Below are positions 37,888 to 50,154 of a stretch of DNA of 64,000 nt, in pieces. The position numbers and the translations under genes are program-made. The notes beneath the pieces were generated by a model. It saw only the letters and a program-made list of their open reading frames with translations. It was not told the DNA's origin and searched no databases. Source of the DNA: Eledone cirrhosa (Eukaryota); the NCBI GenBank assembly GCA_964016885.1, contig OZ024756.1, forward strand, positions 37,758,001 through 37,822,000. The letters are read 5' to 3'. Each line of letters begins with the position of its first letter. Within the stretch, counting starts at the first letter, position 1.

Positions 37888-38540
37888 TATCTTTCTAGTT
37901 ACCATATTTTTAATGAAAGTAACTGCCTATGATTTTCAAATCATTTTGAAAATAATCCAAAATATCAAAGGATTTAATAAGATAATTTTCCCACTAATAA
38001 GCTGCTTGTTTGGAACACAATTCAGCAAATAGTCTTTTGTAGGATGAAAGGCTTTTAGATAAATAAACACTTTAACCCTTTAGCAATTAAACCGGCCATA
38101 TCCTGCCAGAATTCTTTCATCTCTTTCTGTGTTCATACCGGCGGCCGGCCGTAACTGGCTGCTTGTACTTATGTTAAGGTATTGTTCTCAAAATATTTAA
38201 TATCAAAATCTCGTAGATTCGATATTATGTGAGATATTTATGCAAGATAAAGCTCTTACCATGAAAATACAATAGTATATATAGAGTAATGTAAATACTA
38301 ATGGGTTAACTCTTTAGCATTTAAACCTGCCATAACTGGCTACTCATATTTACATTAAGGTATTGTTCTCATATATAATCTCATAGATTTGATATTATGT
38401 GAGATATAATTATGAGATAAAGTGTTTACCATGAAAATAAAATAGTAAATATAGAATAATGTAAATGCTAAAGGGTTAACCCTTTTGTTCCCATATTTCT
38501 AATGAAAGACATTGCCTATGATTTCCACACTATTTTGACT
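37485..38540. mobile_element. Chain of TTAA-bounded piggyBac-like MITEs (two families)
   Basis: ttaa-ccctttagca...ggg-ttaa (38072-38309), ttaa-ctctttagca...tgctaaaggg-ttaa (38306-38479) and degenerate units starting ttaa-cccctttcatttccatat; related units at 48190-48845, 52410-52655, 62050-62510. Confidence 0.7.
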
Positions 38541-38667
38541 ACTACTTTATTTTATTAAAACTGGATGGAATGAAAGTTAGAACTGACCGAGGTAGGATTT
38601 GAACACAATGTAAAGAGCCATAACTAAGTGTTGCTGCAAAGCATTTTGTCTAATACCAAAACGATTC

Positions 38668-38747
<80 letters not shown>

Positions 38748-39656
38748 TTTCCTCGGTCTCAGCACTGCAGACTCTCTCTCTCTCTCTCTTTATATATATA
38801 TATATAAATAAAGAGAGAGAGAGAGAGAGAGAGTCTGCGGTGCTGAGACCGAGGAGACCACAAATCATGTGAGTACTTGCTACATGGGTGTGATGTAGAG
38901 TGGGTATACAAATATGTAAAATTACGTGGTCGGTATTTTACATCTTTCTTTCTGTCTCTCTCTCTTTTTCTATATATATATATATTACTCTTTTATTCTT
39001 TTACCTGTTCCAGCCATCCGGCTGAGGCCATGCTGGGGTATATATATATATATATATATATATTGTTACATTTGGGGAGGGTCATATTATTATAATATTG
39101 CCAGAAATAATAATAAAACACACTCACTGTTTGGTTTATAACAGAAAACAGTGTCTTTCAGTAACCTTTCAGCTTGGCCATATATATATATGATAGTTTA
39201 TATATAATAGAGTAAAGATCCTTAGAGACGGAAAAAGAAGTTGCCATTGGCTGCTACAAGGAATCAGACCTTGATACTAGCTCTCTGTTAGGTATGAGGT
39301 TTGATTCCTGCCCAAAGATGGCAAGCTGTTGGAGTATCAACCACTTTTCAATAGGTTTATATAGATTGATCATTGAACTTGTAGCAGTGGAGGCTTGTGG
39401 GGTGTTCCAAGTTCCTGAATCAGTTTTTTTCCTACTCACTGCTGTTGGGGGTAGAATTGAACACCTGCAGGAGTGAAGTGTGCCCCATGAGTTAGGAATA
39501 GCTATTTCAATGTGTCTCCTTTGCTATCCTCTATCCTGCAGGGGTAATGCTTTCTCTATTCTGTCCACTGAGACTATGAAGTAGCAAGTGCCTGAGGACC
39601 TGCACGTGTTCTTTGACTTTGTAGTAATGATGCTGATGATCTATATACTTTATATA

Positions 39657-39880
39657 CAGGGTGTCCCCCTCCCCCCAAATGTATACACATTTCAACAGCC
39701 CCCCCCCCCCCCAATTGTTTTATATGCATTATTTAAATTATGTAAACATTTTGGGGTGTTTACATGCAATTGAATTATGTCTAGATCATTTTATTTTTTG
39801 GGGGAGAAAGGCTGTGCATTCTAATAAATATTGCCTGTACAGGTAATCAAAGTGTGTATATATTTTTGCGGGACACCCTG
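39657..39880. mobile_element. Tc1/mariner-type MITE
   Basis: ta-cagggtgtccc...gggacaccctg-ta. Confidence 0.8.
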
Positions 39881-40457
39881 TATAATATATATATATATAT
39901 ACACTGACACTCAGGCAGATTACATAGATGTCGTTCTCTTCTTCAGTAGCTTTAGGGTGGTGGAGGTGGTGGTGGGTTCAATTATTATTTTTTTTCTTGT
40001 TTTTTTAGGGGCAAACTAAAGTGACTGGAAGGTTTAGATTCCTGTTTAGGGGTTACTAGTAAAATGTGTGTGGGTGTGTTACCATCACCACTGCCACCAC
40101 TGCTCCAGTAATACACCTTGTTTGGAAATATGTTAAAATCATTTGTCCACCACCACCACCACCTTCTCCTACCCTTCCATAGCTTCTATTGTTATTATTA
40201 GAAGTGGGAAGCTGTACCTTCACAAGGAGGTGTGGGTGGTGGTGGTGGTGGTAGTAGGGGTAGTGGTGGTAGTAGTAGCAGGAGTGGTGGTGGTGGTGGT
40301 GGTAGTGGTTGTAGTAGTAGGGGTGGTGGTGGTATTAGTGATAGTAGGGGTGGTGGTGGTAGTAGTAGTAGGGGTGGTGGTGGTAATGGTAGGAGTTATT
40401 ATTTATTAATACTTTCATTGGTTTCCTTATTGTGGTAGTGAATGAGGGGAGGGAGGT

Positions 40458-40487
<30 letters not shown>

Positions 40488-40488
<1 letters not shown>

Positions 40489-40658
40489 ACGGAGGAAATG
40501 TGGTAAGGAACCAGATGGACCATAACGCACCAGAGTACTCAGTACTTAGGGTAGTAGAGTGGGAAATAGGAAAAAGTATGGCCCCGACGGCAGAGCTCAA
40601 GCTGAAATAGCCATCGAAACGGCTTGAGCTCTGCCGTCGGGGTCATACTTTTTCCTAT
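40488..40658. mobile_element. Family H inverted pair with hammerhead 3' half
   Basis: Arms 40566-40602 / 40622-40658; GAAAC-ggc-ttgagctct-gcc-GTC at 40616-40638. Confidence 0.68.
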
Positions 40659-40709
40659 ATATAAATATATATATGTGTGTGTATGTGTTGTATGTGTATT
40701 TGAAGTATA

Positions 40710-40762
<53 letters not shown>

Positions 40763-41167
40763 ATATGTAGGCGTGGTGTGTGTTTGCTGTTGTATCAGTT
40801 ATGATTATGATTTAAAGGGCACCCCCTACCGTTGTGGTGGTGGTGTGTTAAAGGGCACCCCCCTACCGTGGTGGTGGTGGTGTGGACCCTATTCAATATC
40901 AGATCCAGCTGTGACAGGAGGGCGGACTATTGTGGTGGCCCAGTGCCAGGTGTTGAATGGAGGATAGTTAGTAAATGATGGGGTAGGGTGGTGTTGGTGG
41001 TAATGGTAGTGGAGGAGGGGGTAGTGGTGGGGTGTTGGTGCTGTTACAGTGTGTTTATAGTTGAAGAGGAAGGAAGGAAGGAAGGGAGGGGCTAATGTTT
41101 GTTTTATGCATTGAAGCTGTCTAAATAATCTCACTCTCTCTCACTCTCCCCTCCCCCTCACTCTCTA

Positions 41168-41209
<42 letters not shown>

Positions 41210-41584
41210 ATCTTTACCTTGTGTTTCAGGGTCACTTCCAGCCTCTTTCTCTATTATTTGTGCCCCCCCCCCCTTTCTTTCACCCTTTCTATCAGTTTTA
41301 GATTTTCCCTTTGGGTTTTTGTGGGCTGAGGGTAGGGTGGGTGACTGTCACCTTACCTGGTTTCTACCACACCCCATCCCCCACACCCTTTGCATATCCT
41401 GTTTTCATTACTATCTTACTGACTTCTATTTTTATTTCAAATAAAATTTACAGTTCACACTTATCTAGCTTTTGCTCCCCCCCCCCCCTTGAGGTTGCAC
41501 CTCAAGGGGGGCTTCTTGGGTGTTTTTTTAATAGGAGGCCCAGTTCTATCATATATATATATATAAAGGGAAAAAAAAGAAGAA

Positions 41585-41818
41585 AAAATACAGTCCACGC
41601 TGTAATGTGGCCATGTAGGTAACATGGTAAAAAGCTCCCAGTCTACACTGTAAATGTGGTTGGTGTTTGGAAGGGCAGCCAGCCGTAGAAAACCTGCCAG
41701 GCAGTCCTATACAAGTGAGACACGGTCACCCGACCAATCTTGCCTCAAGTGGGACAATTCCCGTCTAACCCATGCTAGTGTGGAAGATGGACATTAAACG
41801 ATGATGATGATGATGATG
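41585..41818 (+). mobile_element. RTE 3' UTR fragment
   Basis: Matches ~960-1192, (gat)n tail. Confidence 0.85.
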
Positions 41819-42182
41819 TACTAATAATAAAAAGTACAGTTTGTTAGGTCTTTTATTATTAGTATTACACTCTGCTTAGTACTACACCTCTATACTAACT
41901 GGAAATTACGCATCGAGTGCTCACTCTGGTGAACCTACAGTAACTGGACATTACAATCCCTCTATATGTATATATATATATATTTGTAGTAAGGTTGCTA
42001 CGATGCGTCTATAGGCGGTAAGCCGGTTGAGCACTCGATGCTCCTTCGGAGCAGAGTATGATAACATGGAAAACGAAGAATCAGTGATGTATCGGAACAT
42101 AATTTATTAACGTATTACAATTGTTTCTCTGGCGAACAGCTTGAGGTGTGATCTGTTTGTGGATCAAATCTCTCTCTCTCTC

Positions 42183-42214
<32 letters not shown>

Positions 42215-42639
42215 TTTGATATATTACTGTTGTGGCTTCTATTTCTGCATCAAATGGAATTTACAGTTCATACCTATGTAGGTTTAGCTGGCCTCCTATG
42301 AGATTACATCACACAGGTGCTTTCTCAGGTGTTTTAATGATAGAGACCCTACTCCAATTATGTTGTTGCTCTTACATCTCTCCACCTATGTGGGTTTAGT
42401 TCACCTCTTATGAGGTTACATCTCGTAGGAGGCTTCCTGGGTGTTTTAATGATAGAGGGCCCAGTTCTGCCAAGAGCAGAACACATTAACCATGAAGCCA
42501 AGTACCTTCATTGTGGTTTCTTTTTCTTGTATTTGTCTACCCCACCCTCACTTCAGAAGGGGTCAGTTTTGAAAGTGTGTTGAGCAATGGATGTCTTTTT
42601 CTTTTTGTTAATCATGGCACCTCTTCTATAGATTGCCTA

Positions 42640-43160
42640 CAGGCCCACCCTTCTATGTATATAACTGACAAACCCACCCTTCTATGTGTATAACCAACAT
42701 CCCACCCTTCTATATATGACAACCCACCCCTCCCCTCTATATAACCAACTACCTACCCCTCCTCTCTATATAACCAACAACCTACCCCTCCTCTCTATAT
42801 AACCAACAACCCACTCCTCTCTATATATGACAACCCACCCCTCCCCTCTATATAACCAACAACCCACCCACCTTTCTATATAGCCCACAACCCACCCACC
42901 TCTCTATATAACCCACAACCCACCCATCTCTCTATATAACCCACAACCCACCCACCTCTCTATATAACTGACAAACCCACCCCTCTTCTCTATATAACCA
43001 ACAAACCACCCCACCTCTCTATATAACTGACAAACCCACCCCTCTTCTCTATATAACCAACAAACCACCCCACCTCTCTATATAACTGACAAACCCACCC
43101 CTCTTCTCTATATAACCAACAAACCACCCCACCTCTCTATATAACTGACAAACCCACCCC
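42640..43160. repeat. ~28-33-bp minisatellite (ataaccaacaacccacccctctctat), ending in an alternating dimer
   Basis: Directly visible. Confidence 0.9.
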
Positions 43161-43259
43161 TGCTCTATTAATTTCTATGTCTTCAATGCTTCCATCTCAC
43201 CTCAAATTTCTATTTAATGATTTTAGTAAAGAAGGAGAAACATTGCAGGTGTGTGCATG

Positions 43260-43311
<52 letters not shown>

Positions 43312-43607
43312 TGAGTGAGGTGTCTGCTGAATGGAAGCCTCCCTGGGGCTAAATGTTTGCAGTACACTCAAGGAGGAATTGTGCAAATTTATTCAATGAA
43401 TCCAGTCGCTAATTGTTTGACAAGCTGGGACTTGTTATTAAATTTATACTTGATTATAATCATTATAATTGCTTGTTAATTATATATATATATATGTGTG
43501 TGTATGTATATATATATATATGCGTGTATCTATGTATATATATATGTGTGTGTATGTATATATATGTGTGTGTATATATATATGTGTGTATGTATATATA
43601 TATATTA

Positions 43608-44226
43608 TCATCATCATCGATTAACATCTATTTTCCACGAAAGTCTGGGTTAGACGGGTTGTCCCATTTGAGGCACTTGGGTCTAGTGACCATGTCTTGC
43701 TTATACAGAACTGTTTCTGGCTTGCCCTTCGTAACACCAACCACATTACTGTGTGCTGAGTGCTTTTTGTTGTGACACCTAAACGAACACTTTACAGTAT
43801 GGGCTGGTTGGTTTTGTCATGACACCTACCTGACCACATTACAGTGTGGGCTGGTTGGTTTTGTCGTGACACCTACATGACCACATTACAGTGTGGGCTG
43901 GTTGGTTTTGTCGTGACACCTACATGACCACATTACAGTGTGGGCTGGATGGTTTTGTCGTGACACCTACATGACCACATTACAGTGTGGGCTGGATGGT
44001 TTTGTCATGACACCTACCTGACCACATTACAGTGTGGGCTGGGTGGTTTTGTCATGACACCTACATGATCACATTACAGTGTGGGCTGGGTGGTTTTGTC
44101 ATGACACCCACCTGACCACATTACAGTGTGGGCTGGGTGGTTTTGTCGTGACACCTACCTGACCACATTACAGTGTGGACTGGGTGGTTTTGTCGTGACA
44201 CCTACATGACCACATTATAGTGTGGG
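43608..44226 (-). repeat. RTE 3' UTR with an internal 47-bp unit amplified about 9 times
   Basis: acagtgtgggctggttggttttgtcgtgacacctacatgaccacatt at 43841, 43888, 43935...; resembles the reverse complement of 938-990; (cat)n tail at ~43608. Confidence 0.88.
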
Positions 44227-44971
44227 CAAACAGCCGCATAACAGCATGTCTTCTTAGACAACCAAGATCATCCTTTTGTTCCAGTGGGAGTAGAGAGAGA
44301 AAAGGGAGATATACACAATCTTAGAGCATATAGTGTGGGACATTCCCTTCACCCTTGGACAGGAGACCGCTATGATTTTAGTGCCTGCCTTCCTAGACAG
44401 AATAGCTCACTCCAATGGTGCCAAGCATTGTTCATGCCTCTATGGAATGTCCTAGAATGAGGGAGAGGGGTTGTTATGGTCCTCTGAAGCCTGATTTTTC
44501 CTTGGTTACCCATACCAGTGATAAACTGACAACAGCTGTTGTAATCACTCTCATGATTTAGGTATTAGATTTTCTCCTTGTACACATGTACCTTGCAAAC
44601 ACACAAAGCATCTCCCCCCCCCCACACACACACACACATGTACCCTCCCACACACACACGCACACACCTTGCACACATTTCAGGCACACTCGTCCCCCCC
44701 ACCACACACACACATGTGCTTCAGTTATTTGAAGTGTCTGCTAATATTTACTGTTTGCTGTATGTTTGTATAACCAATAAAGTAGGTGAAAGAAATGGTG
44801 GAGGGGGGGTGGTTAATGGACAGCAGTATGTTTCTTTATATATTTTTTCTTCTCTCTCTCTCTCTCTCTCTCTCTCCTTTTGGTTTACCTATAATCACCT
44901 GACAGAATATTCTTTCACCTGTCCCTCAAAATACACTTAACTTAATATATATATATACACACACACACACA

Positions 44972-45150
44972 CAGAGTGAAATTCTGTTATAACGAAATTC
45001 ACGGGAAAGGTGTATAAAAAAATTCGTTGTAACAAAAAATTCTTTATAACGAGATAGACCAAAACAAATCGAGCGTTTGTTTGTTATTACCTCGGGGATT
45101 GGAAAACATTTCGTTATACTGAAAAAATTGTTATAATGGAATTTTACCTT
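44972..45150. mobile_element. pogo/Tigger-like MITE, second copy
   Basis: Homologous to 10965-11144. Confidence 0.72.
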
Positions 45151-45182
45151 TATTTATTTTATATCTATATATATATATATAT

Positions 45183-45524
45183 GGAGGCACATGTGTTAGT
45201 GGTTAGAGCATTGGCCTTGCAATCAAAAGGTTGTGAGTTCAATTCTCAGACCGGGTGATGTGTTGTTTCCTTGAGCAAGACACTTTATTTCACATTGCTC
45301 CAGTTTACTCAGCTGTAGAAATGAGATGATAGGGACTGGGGGTCCATATCATTCCACTGCAAAGTGGTCGTGGAGGTGCCACGGCAAAAAAGGCACCCAG
45401 CACTCACTGTAAATGAGGTTGGTGTTAGGAAGGGCATCCAGCTGTAGAAATCAAGCCAGAATCGGTTCCCGTCCCACCCTTGCAAGCAGGGAAAAAGCGG
45501 ACGTGAAATGATGATGATGATGAT
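45183..45524 (+). mobile_element. tRNA-derived SINE type 2 with CORE/V-like segment and RTE-derived tail
   Basis: ggaggcacatg..tagtggttagagc (A box), gagttcaattctc (B box), ccttgagcaagacacttta, then ggttggtgttaggaagggcatccagctgtagaaa...(gat)n shared with the RTE 3' UTR. Confidence 0.88.
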
Positions 45525-45542
45525 TATATATATATATATATA

Positions 45543-45889
45543 TTAAAGAGTTAAACAAGATTCAATGAGTACATCAAAGAATGAGTTTTACAGTAGATTG
45601 GAAGCACTCTACTAAAAAATAATTTTCCAGAGTTATTAATATTAAAATACAAATATTAATACTGTTGTACCTCTGAAATATGTATAATAAAATTTAATTG
45701 ATCAAAAGAACATCTATTTTATTAATATTTGTATTTTAATATATATATATATATAAATATATATATATATTAAAATACAAATATTAATAAAATAGATGTT
45801 CTTTTGATCAATTAAATTTTATTATACATATTTCAGAGGTACAACAGTATTAATATTTGTATTTTAATATTAATAACTCTGGAAAATTA
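45543..45889. mobile_element. Family C remnant with (TA)n-centred perfect inverted duplication
   Basis: 45620-45738 and ~45770-45889 read as exact reverse complements. Confidence 0.8.
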
Positions 45890-45914
45890 CTTTTTTATAT
45901 GGATATATATAATT

Positions 45915-46187
45915 TTTTTACAGCTGTTTTTTCATGCTTGCGTGGGTTGGATAGATCCCTTTCAGCATCTCTCCACTTGTTTTATTCCTTTGTTATCTCC
46001 TCTGAGTTTCAGCGATTTGCAGTCAGTTCCCACCAACCTGTGCCCAGGTCTTCCTTGGTCTACCTCTTCTGCAGCTTCCTTCCACTGGGATCTCCTGGCA
46101 CCTCTTCACCCAACAACTGTCATCCATGTGTATCATATGTCCATACCAACGCATCCTTCTCTCTCACACCACTTCGGATTCCTCTTA
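45915..46187 (-). pseudogene. Old RTE C-terminal fragment
   Basis: Minus strand: RRMRWYGHMIHMDDSCWVKRCQEIPVEGSCRRGRPRKTW. Confidence 0.85.
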
Positions 46188-46895
46188 TATATATATATCA
46201 TCCTTTATACTCTGGGGTAGAGCTAAGCTTGCATTCATATATACCTGTATGGCTTATACACATTTGCATACACACACACACACATCTATCTGGCCATAAA
46301 TTCAAATAGTCTTGAAGCCATGTTTTTGATTGGCTCATGCAGGTGAACCAATCAAATTTAAGCTTTTCTGAAACCTGGATTCATATTTCCCTTCAACATT
46401 ATCTATTTTAGGGTCTTGTTTATCTTAATGATGATGATTGTGATGATATATGCTTTGTTAATGATGATAGTGACTTTGATGACAAGCTGTGTTTTATCTC
46501 TATGATGATGATGATGATATGTTTTATCTTGCTGATAACGATGATGATGGTGGCCATGGTATGTGTTTTATTTTGATGGTAATGGTAATAAAAACAACGA
46601 CTATGATGATAATGACATGGGCAACAATGGCAATATATGTTTTATCATGGGTGTATAAAACCACAGGGTTACTCTTCTCAATGAACCCCGTGGGCTTAAG
46701 GAGAGTTCAGTTCCTTTGTTAATTACACAGTAGATTGTGGCCCTGCACTGCTGTGTATAAACCTCAAACACACACATATATATATATACACACACATACA
46801 TATATATATACACACATACACATATATATACACACATACACATACATATATATATACACACATATACATATATACAAACACACATACACATATAT

Positions 46896-46926
<31 letters not shown>

Positions 46927-48312
46927 CACAATATACATATATATATATACACACATACACATATATATTCATTGGGTGTTTTGCTTCTATAAAGCAGCTG
47001 TTCTGTTCATTAAAGTTCTTTTCCTTTCTTTTCAATTTTTTCAATCTTCTTCTTTGTAATATTATTGTTAGAAATTATTATCATTATTATTATTATTGTT
47101 GTTGTTATTGTCTCTCTTTTTTTTCTATCGCCCCCTCCCCCTCTCCCTTTGTCTCTCTCGCTGTTTATCTTTCTCTCTCTTTCCACTTGTCTGTCTCTAT
47201 TTTTTTCTGTTTGTCTCTCTCCTCTGTCTCTCTTCACCCTTCTCTCTCTCTGCTTCTCCATCCCTCTCTTCTCACCCCCCCCCCCCCCCCCCCCCCCCCC
47301 TCCGCCAAAAAAAAAATATATATATACCTATTATAAATTAGTTAGTTAATTAATAATCACTCTACAAAATTTCAAGTCCAGAATATTGATCAGAAAGTTA
47401 GAGGACTTATTACATAGCTAGAGAGGACATTAAAGGGTATACAGCCTGTTAAAGGGTCATTAGAGATGAAGTTATAAAGGGTCATAATGGAAGGAACTTT
47501 TGTTCATGTTTTAAAGAGGTTAGACAGGCTGGTTAGGTCATTTTTTTCCAATTTTTGTTTGACCTCTCTACACTCCACTCCACTAGTCGGGCCCACTACA
47601 CTCCACTCCCCTTGGAATGTAATTCTGCCTGGGGCAAGAGAGAACAGTTGGTGAGTGGATGAGTGGGTCGGGCTTTGTCATACTCTGCAATATTTATTCT
47701 GTAAGGCTCCAGGGAGAGATGAGTTGGGGGTGAGAGAGAGGGGGGGGGGGGGAATAGCATATATAGTGAGGATGGAATGGTAGGTGTGAGGGTGAAGGGG
47801 AAATTGTAACCCCCTCCACCGCCACCAATCCACACACTTAATCTCATACATGCAGTCAATCTTTCACGCAAACACACACACACACACACACGTACACATG
47901 TACTATAGTGTACCCTTCTCTCCATCTAGCAAACTTTCAATAACATGTATATATATATGTGTGTGTGTGTATGTATATATATATATATATAAACACATAC
48001 ATACTACAGTACCCTGCTACCCTCTCCTCACAACCACCCTCATCCTACCAACACATCTCCACCTCCCTTTCACCACAACCCCCCCTTCTCTCTCTCTCTC
48101 TCCCATCAACTAGTCCATCTACCATCTGTCACTGCATTTTTACATCTTGAGGATGGACATATTCCCTCTCCCTACCCCTCTCTCTCTGCTCTTTTCCAAG
48201 CAATGTCTTTTATTAGAAATATGGCAACGGAAAGGTTTAAAATGTTAATATTTGTCCAAAAAATTTTCCAGCGTAATATTATGTAAGGACCTCTGTTAAG
48301 TTATGTTCCAAA

Positions 48313-48741
48313 CACCAACTTAGTAATTGTTTCTACTTTTGGCACAAGGCCAGCAATTACCCAGTGCATTACTGGTACTTTATTTTATCGACCCCGTAAG
48401 GATGAAAGGCTAAGTTGACCTCGGCGGGATTTGAAATCAGATCATAAAGGACAGTAACTCTATGCTGCGAAGCATGGCGTCTGACCTTCTACCGATACTG
48501 CCAATTCACCACCCTATAACAATAATAATAACAATTAATTAGGGGACATTAAAATATTTGTGATAAACATCTATATAATAATATACTAGCTCCTCTCCCC
48601 CATCAAACACTCCTTAACTTAGGCAAAGTTAACCTCGGCGGAATTTGAACTCAGAATGGAAAGGTCCGTAACTCTATGCGTCAAAGCATGGCATCCGACC
48701 CTCTACCGATACTGCCAATCCACCGCCACCAACTTAATAAT
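48313..48741 (-). mobile_element. Composite SINE-flank-SINE insertion with 15-bp TSD
   Basis: caccaacttagtaat (48313-48327) / caccaacttaataat (48727-48741) bracket a full SINE, ~100 bp matching 51361-51476, and a SINE head. Confidence 0.75.
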
Positions 48742-48949
48742 GTGAGGAAGTTAGTTATATTACTAAATCACTCCAAATTCTTGAATATTTTCAAAATTAT
48801 TTGAAAACATTAGTTTCTTTCATTAGAAATATGGTAACAAAAGTCCTGATGGTAAAAGTAATATTGTTATTGTAAAACAAACAAATAGAAGGACGAAAGA
48901 AGACAAAGGAAAGAAAATAATGGGATAGTGGACCTCAAGCTGAGGTTTG

Positions 48950-49266
48950 AGGTAGACAAATGCTATATATGACTTTCGGAAACATTTTTTCACGCTTAAA
49001 GTTGCTGAAGCATGGAACGGGGTGCCTGCGTCAGTTGTTAGCTGCCGAGACATTGCATCCTTTAAAACCCTCATGCTTCCCGAAATTCGCCAAAACTACA
49101 CCTGATGTCCCCCTTCCATACACATGCACACATGTGTATATCATGACTCATGCACTGTTCATTTTCCTGATGTTTGTACATTACCCTATGTACTAAACAT
49201 ACACTTATGATGAGTTGTAGTGCACCTGAGCACTGTACACAATATTTTCATTATTATTATTATTAT
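48950..49266 (+). mobile_element. CR1-clade LINE 3' end
   Basis: 48971-49105 encodes DFRKHFFTLKVAEAWNGVPASVVSCRDIASFKTLM...*, the R..FF..RV...WN.LP..VV......FK motif; (tat)n tail. Confidence 0.85.
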
Positions 49267-49375
49267 ATGCAAATGTATCTGTGTGTATGTGTAGGTATAT
49301 ATGTATGTGTATATATATATAGTGAAAGCGTGAAGAATAACATGGTTCTCTGTACAAAAAGGGTTTTATTTACAG

Positions 49376-49464
49376 TATTAACAATTGTTTCATTGATCAG
49401 GTGAGTCTAAAGGCCGCTAATCACTTGACCTTAAATACAGTGTGTGTCTCTGATCAAATCATCG

Positions 49465-49469
<5 letters not shown>
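49376..49469 (-). ncRNA. Degenerate hammerhead with long stem II insert (family I)
   Basis: Minus: tatt-CCGATGA-t-ttgatcag...ctgatcaa-t-GAAAC-aatt-GTT-aata; one core mismatch; partial opposite-strand copy at 52833-52937. Confidence 0.55.
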
Positions 49470-49512
<43 letters not shown>

Positions 49513-50154
49513 TTCTTTATTAGCCACAAGGGCACAAAAGAAGGGGGAAAATACAAATGGGGAGTTTACATACAGGTATATGAAAATAAAACTATTAATA
49601 AAATAACAAATAACAAATTGAAATCCCCAATAGGGGGGAGGCGTTACACAGGGGTTGTACGCACCCCGAAAAAATGTACAACCCTCATCTCCAGGAGCAC
49701 CAAGAGCAAGTACACCCTTCTTCTCTTCCTCTTTTTCCTCAACCTACAGGCTTATATAGAGAGAAGGCCCAACCACTCAAGCCATCTTTGCCACATTCAC
49801 CCACCTTTCATAAAATATGCTGGGGTACAGCACCTCTCTCTCCATCCTGATTCTTCTTCCAAAATGATATTTGAAGAAACGAATCAGTTGTTCGCCGGAG
49901 AGAAAGGTGTCTGACCTCAGCCCTTAGATAGATTCCTAATTAGAAAGGTAATTGTAGCCACATGGAGGGGACAGGTATATATAGTATACACACACAGACA
50001 GCTATATAAGTTGCACCTATTTCCTCCACACAAGAACGGTACAGGTGGGTAAGAGGAAGCAGCATGTGACTTATCTATTAGACCTAGAAAATGTCAATTA
50101 AGAATATATATGTATGTACCAATATGTAAAATGGAGGTGTGACTTTTATACAGA

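Noticed and set aside
45183-45255. tRNA gene
   Set aside because: tRNA-like head continues into a SINE core and RTE tail, and has a second copy; no clean cloverleaf or terminator.
49510-49915. Possible L1/Tx1 3' end on the minus strand
   Set aside because: Only an aataaa near the TA tract supports it; no peptide motif, so left uncalled.
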